From the human T2T-CHM13v2.0 reference genome, Homo sapiens: a stretch of DNA of 64,000 nucleotides. Below the pieces are notes generated by a model. That model saw only the letters and a list, made by a program, of their open reading frames with translations, made no database searches and had not been told where the DNA came from. Below, one piece after another: positions 1-64,000 of the stretch (positions within the stretch are counted from its first letter, which is position 1; each line of letters starts with the position of its first letter). The stretch lies in assembly GCF_009914755.1 (NCBI RefSeq), contig NC_060946.1. One strand, written 5' to 3'. Position numbers and translations under genes: made by a program.

Positions 1-145
1 CTTTTTTTGATGGAACCCACATACCCCTAAAATTCACCAGTCTTCGTTATTATTTTTTAAAACTGCCTCTGTAATTTAAAATTAGAAGATTGGAGTAATT
101 GGTGTCCTAGTGACAGTCTGTAACTAGAACTTTAAAGTAACTTCA

Positions 146-757
<612 letters not shown>

Positions 758-2253
758 ACAGTAACTTTGAAGTTTACAGCTGTGCACACATGTATAGCTG
801 GACACATTTATTCCTGTTTCAGGTTTCCTTAACCAAGAAGGAAAACTACCAGGCTAGCTTTATCAGTTGTGATACTTAACACTTGAAAGACGCAGATATC
901 TCATATCTGTGTCCTATTACTGCAGTTGAAAAGTTACAACTTCACAAGCACAAAATGATTTCATGAACACTTTACTTCTTTTTTCACGTAATGTATTTTC
1001 CCTGTTCTGAATGCAACACCTCTTTTAAGTAGTGCTCCTTGGCACTTTTGAGAAATTGCTCATCTATCAGGAATGACCAGGGTAAGTGAGAAATTCTTAA
1101 ACTTGGTCATCTTGATATAAGGGAATTAATAGCTGCGAGTTTGGCATCATAAAACATTGATGATGGCAAGCTTGGAAAGGCCTGTGCTGGCTCGTTTAAT
1201 TGTAACAGGAAACCCAGGCACACTCACCACACACTAGAACGAGGTTAGCCACAGAGGCAGGTATATGTGACCAGCTGTGAACTTGGAGACCAGAGAATGC
1301 ACAGATAATCCAATCGCTAAAGTTTTTGTTGTTTTTTTAACCACTATCATTTCTTTTCAGAATTGCTAATAATTAGCAAAATGGACCAATGTAAGTTCCA
1401 TTTCCATAAATAAAAGTATGATTAGGGCAACAGCTTCTTATTAAGGGCAGAAGAAAAGAGCTCCTGCTTGCCATGTGTCACCCTCTGCTCGGAGTTCCAT
1501 ATTCTCACCTGACTTGGTTTTTCATGGCAGCATGCAGTGCTAGTAAGTAGATGATTTCATAGACGAGATGAGCTGAGCTGGCACAGGCACATAACGTGCC
1601 CAGACATTTTGAAGCTGGGATTGGGATCCTGGCCTGACTGCAGAGCAAAATACACCATTTGGTGCATCCTGGCACCGGCCCACATGTGTGGCTCTGCAGA
1701 GAGGCAGCGGGCTTTTCTCATCTCTGCCCCCGTCCGCCGCTTCTCATTCCACCCCCACACTCCCTGGAAGAACAGGACCCAGAGTAACCCTGCATGTGCT
1801 CGGGCTCCTAGAGTGGGGCTGAGCAGCTTTCTGTCCCACTGAGCCTCCCTTTCCAGGTTGGGGCAGGCAAGTGGATTCGACAGGCTGCCAGAAGACTGCA
1901 AGGTCATTGGGAGTTTTAATCTGTGACTGTGTCATGAAGGACATTTGTACTCGAATTCATGGAGTGCCACTCCTGATGGGAGAGGAGGCCCATGACAGTG
2001 ACAGTCATGCTAGTGATCGCGGACACCACACCATGCTGCCTTTGCCAGCTGGCTCCTTCAGCGAGTCCTCGCGCCAAGCCTGGGAGGTAGAGGTGAGGGC
2101 AGCGAGCAGCGCAGGAGTCCGCAGCCCGCGCGGGCTGACCTGCCCAGAAGCCTGTTCCCAGTCCCTGCCGTTCCCAGTCACTGCCTCAGGGTGGCCGAGG
2201 AGGACGAGCTCTTGGTGTCTCGGCTCCACTGACTGCTTTTCTTTCTCCTTCAG

Positions 2254-7307
<5,054 letters not shown>

Positions 7308-7710
7308 AATCTTTACAGTAAAACCTGCAACTTGAAAACTAGCCTTCTGTAACCACAGTGCCCAAACGAAGAGGAATGTATGGAGAACTCCACGTGGATC
7401 TCTGATTGCGAAACCGTCACATACACCAAGAGAGCCACATGGGCATGTGGCCCTGAAGGCTGGGTGAGAGGGCTCCCCTGTGTGTTGAACTATGCAGGAG
7501 GGTGACGCGGACACATTTCAGGTGGACTTTGCAAGGACTGATGGATAGCTACCTCAGGGACCAGAATCCGTGGGAAGGGATGGACCTGGTGTTCCCGTTC
7601 CCATCTGACAGGCTCTCTTTTGTCAAGGTGGTATTTTTCGTAATAAAAGGGGAAGAGTAAAGACTGTCCAAGCAACAGTAGCTGCCAAAGAGAAAATACG
7701 AAATAGACAC

Positions 7711-8003
7711 TTTTTTTTTTTGAGTCAGAGTCTCACTCTGTCACCCAGGACAGAGTGCAGTGGTACGATCTCAAGCTCACTGCAGCCGCCACCGCCTGGG
7801 CTCAAGTGATTCTCCTGCCTCAGCCTCCCGAGTAGCTGGGATTACAGGCGTCCACCACCATGCCCAGCTAATTTTTTTATTTTTAGTAGAGTTGGAGTTT
7901 CACCATGTTGGCCAGGATGGTCTCGAACTCTTGACCTCAGGTGATCCACCCGCCTTGGCCTCCCAAAGTGCTAGGATTACAGGCATGAGCCACTGCGCCC
8001 AGC
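7711..8003 (-). mobile_element. AluS inside FAM118A 3'UTR
   Basis: Antisense dimer. Confidence 0.9.
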
Positions 8004-8838
8004 AAAATAAACACATTTTATAATTTGTATGTGGAAACATGTTACTATAGAAAGCATTTTAAAGGTACGTTTTAAAGGTCCACTGTTAAATAGTAAAGAA
8101 TGAATCCGCTAGCGAAAATGTTTTTAGGGAGAACAGCTGGATCAAAAGGGCTTCTTTGGAATTAGGTTGTTTTAGTAACTTCTGTTCCAAAGAAACACAG
8201 GTCTGATATTGCTAAGAACTGAAATCGGAGGAGCCAGAGGCCCTTTTCAGTCCAGGCCAACATTGTGCACGGCCACTGTGGGACTGACAACCGGGATAGC
8301 TCAAGTTCGAGAGACCAGGTTTCAAACATTGTAAGTTCCAGGCTTTGCAAGTCTTTATTCTCTGGGGTAATATCCAGTCTTTCTGTTATTGTCTCTTAAA
8401 ATTCTCTTCCATGGCCCACATTAAGGGAGTTTGCAGAGAGTGAGGGAGGCAAAACTTGAAAAGGGCCTGCAACACTTTAAACCTTCTCAGGTTCACCCAC
8501 ACGAAACGGCTGTGCTGAGTGTGCTGCCGGTGCCCGGGGAGCTTCTCTGACTGTGACCCGGCAGAGGCTTCTGTGGCGGTGCATGAGCGGCCCTACAGTG
8601 GAGGGTTCTCTTTGGAAACAAACAGCCCTGCTTGGTTTCAGTTTGAGGCCACTTATCTTCAATGTGACATTTCTTGCCAAGCCCTGTGACACTCCCCATT
8701 GATGACTCCCATAGGTACAGATAAAGTTAAGAACAGGAAACAGAAGGGTAGGATGCATAGGGAGGGAGAGAAGCCCTGAAAACTTTTTTTTTCTTTTTGA
8801 AGCATGGAAAACAAATCTTTTATGCCACTCCAGCCATA

Positions 8839-8844
8839 AATAAA
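8839..8844 (+). terminator. FAM118A polyadenylation signal AATAAA
   Basis: AATAAA followed about 20 nt later by GU/U-rich tgtgtgctcagtgtttcttt. Confidence 0.75.
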
Positions 8845-9404
8845 ATTTTAACTTCAACCCTGTGTGCTCAGTGTTTCTTTAGTTATGCCAAGGCTTGCTA
8901 GAATGTTATTTAGTGAGAATTTTTAGCTTGAGTTGCCACCCAACTGTGAAATCAACTAAATGATTACTTGAATGTATTTAAATGTTTTAAAAAGCAAACA
9001 TTATAAATTTTTCTTTAATGTCATTTAGTAAGTGCAGTCAGGGAATATCTGAATCTAAGAGCTGGCCAGACACAGGGTATAGCAGAATTACAAGCATAGA
9101 GGATGCTATGCAGTAGGATGTAAAGCTCATTACAGCCCATTTTTAAGAAAAGCTTTGTGTGCTCTGCTGGAGGACACAGCCATGTTGCTGCACCACATGG
9201 ATGTATCTAGTCAGTTCTGTTGTATGCTCGTTGTAGAATGTAAAGTTTATTCCAATCCGATTGATAGATTAAAGGCAATTCCAGCATAGTGCACTTGCTT
9301 GTGTATAGTTTAGTCCGTGAGAAACATCACATCAGGAGGTAACAAAGTTGGCCCTGCTGTTTACTGCCTCAAGCTAGAGTAGCTATTACATTTTAAAATG
9401 GTTA

Positions 9405-9711
<307 letters not shown>

Positions 9712-9807
9712 TGGTTACATTTTAAATAGTTATACAAGTACCTGCTAAGAACCTCCTTACTATCTCAACAAAGCCTGAATATGTGCTGTGGCCCTTAAAT
9801 TAGGTTA

Positions 9808-10737
<930 letters not shown>

Positions 10738-10964
10738 TGTCTTGTTCCATTTTGAAGTGGAAATGAAGTGGTGAAAGTGCAGCTTTCTGCACATAATAAC
10801 GTTTGTAAGTGGAGAAGTCAGTTGTCACTTGAGAAACTCTGTATTCTTCAATATTTCCGTAACAGAGATTCTGTTTATAAAAATTCAGATTGCATTGAAA
10901 CAGACATAATTCAATTTCACCATTAAAATATTTTTGGCTTCTAAAATTCTACATTGGAGACATT

Positions 10965-11455
10965 TGAAATTAGAACATTTTTTATTGATATTTTCAATAC
11001 TAACATAGTTTCTCTGAAACAATTTCCCAAAAGCCAGGTTCAACAGTTTATTAACAATCTTATAACTAGTATGTTTAAAAACCAAGAGAAGTTCCCTTCA
11101 AGATTACTTGGGTGCAAGGCAAGATCAGAGTGAAGATGAAGCTGCATTCAAAATTTTTCCAACCAAACTAGCTTATTTCAAAATAGAAGTTAGAATTATA
11201 GTACAAAATTGTACCTTTTGTTTGTTTTTTAAAAACTCATTTAACACCAGCTCTCACTGAAAACTTTCCCTACTAGAATGAGGTCTGAACACTCAACTAA
11301 AGTGAGCCACAGCCTCTTTGGCTAGAACGACTAAGGTTTCTCTTAAAGGGTGCACCAGGCTGGTCCTGCTTGCTCCAGAAGTCTCCTGTGGAGGAGCTGT
11401 GTGAGTATTAGAGTGGGAACTGAACAGTGATCAGGTGACTGCTGCAGGACTGCCC
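10965..11455 (-). other. SMC1B: SMC1B 3'UTR (~490 nt, AU-rich)
   Basis: From stop codon to about 15-20 nt past distal AATAAA; end approximate. Confidence 0.75.
10981..10986 (-). terminator. SMC1B distal polyadenylation signal AATAAA
   Basis: tttatt on + strand; second copy at 11047-11052. Confidence 0.7.
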
Positions 11456-63388
<51,933 letters not shown>

Positions 63389-63576
63389 CTGCATAAACAG
63401 TATTGAAAAATTGCTAATTCACCTTAAGAAGCATGAGAGCAAATTTCTTTGTATGAAATCCTGTACTAGAAGATAATTAATCTTCCCAAAAGCTTGCTTT
63501 ATATAAATTAAATCATAATCGACCACCTTCCCCCGGTAAAATAATGTGAGCATGAAAGCTTCCTTTAAAAAAACTG

Positions 63577-63698
63577 TTTATTATTTATTTATTTATTTAT
63601 ATTTGAAACTTATTTATTTATTTATTTTTATTTTGCCCAGGCTGGAGTACAGTGGCACAATCACGGCTCACTGCAGCTTTGGCCTCCTGGGCTCAAGT
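63577..63698 (-). mobile_element. Truncated AluJ right arm with (TTTA)n tail
   Basis: gcccaggctggagtacagtggc...gctcaagtg. Confidence 0.75.
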
Positions 63699-64000
63699 GT
63701 TTATCTTATTATTCATAAGGTAATCATTTTTTCCTCTCATAAACACTTAAAGATACATGTGGCTTTGAGGAGACATGATCACTTAATTGACAAGAAGGAA
63801 ACTGATTACTTAAGGTGCTTTAAAATGTTCAGTGATGAATTAATCTCTAACTTATTATACAAGATTTAATTATAATAAATCACTAGATGGCAAAAACATG
63901 TAATCGACAAACAACCACATTTTTATCGTTTATCTCTTTTATCAATTTTATGATAATCTTATATCACAAATATACCAAATACCAAAACAATTATGACTAT

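Larger units (their letters stand above)
7308..8860 (+). other. FAM118A: FAM118A 3'UTR (~1.55 kb, contains an antisense Alu)
   Basis: Follows the stop codon; ends shortly after AATAAA at 8839; end coordinate approximate. Confidence 0.75.

Noticed and set aside
7642-8011. AATAAA at 7642 and 8006 as the main FAM118A ends
   Set aside because: No clear GU-rich downstream element; 8006 sits in the Alu TSD; minor use cannot be excluded

Overview
Human (primate) genomic DNA, Alu-dense. From the encoded proteins I recognise it as the chr22q13.31 FAM118A/SMC1B locus. On the + strand lie the last three coding exons and 3'UTR of FAM118A (C-terminus ...DADRVDSTTLLGNACQDCAKRKLEENGIEVSKKRTQSDTDDAGGS*, poly(A) signal at 8839). 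On the - strand, converging about 2.1 kb away, lie 19 exons of the meiotic cohesin SMC1B. All have GT-AG boundaries and splice into one open 2595-nt frame (864 aa + stop): coiled coil, hinge GX6GX3GG, ABC signature LSGGEK and Walker B/D-loop [12 protein letters not shown]. Exon numbers 7-25 and residues 372-1235 assume the 25-exon/1235-aa model recalled from memory. The rest is intronic: about 55 Alus, L1/L2/MIR/L3 relics, MER4/LTR8/MER21/MLT LTRs, Tigger/MER2/MADE1 DNA transposons and a tiny Y-RNA retrocopy. I see no new gene system. The best leads are a 157-bp perfect Alu-Alu conversion tract flanking the Walker B exon, an in-frame exon 22+23 ATPase module bracketed by inverted Alus, a bipartite NLS on a symmetric and possibly recursively spliced FAM118A exon, three Alus stacked in one target site, and an unexplained ~2.4-kb block in SMC1B intron 23. 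Repeat subfamily names and repeat boundaries are by eye and approximate.
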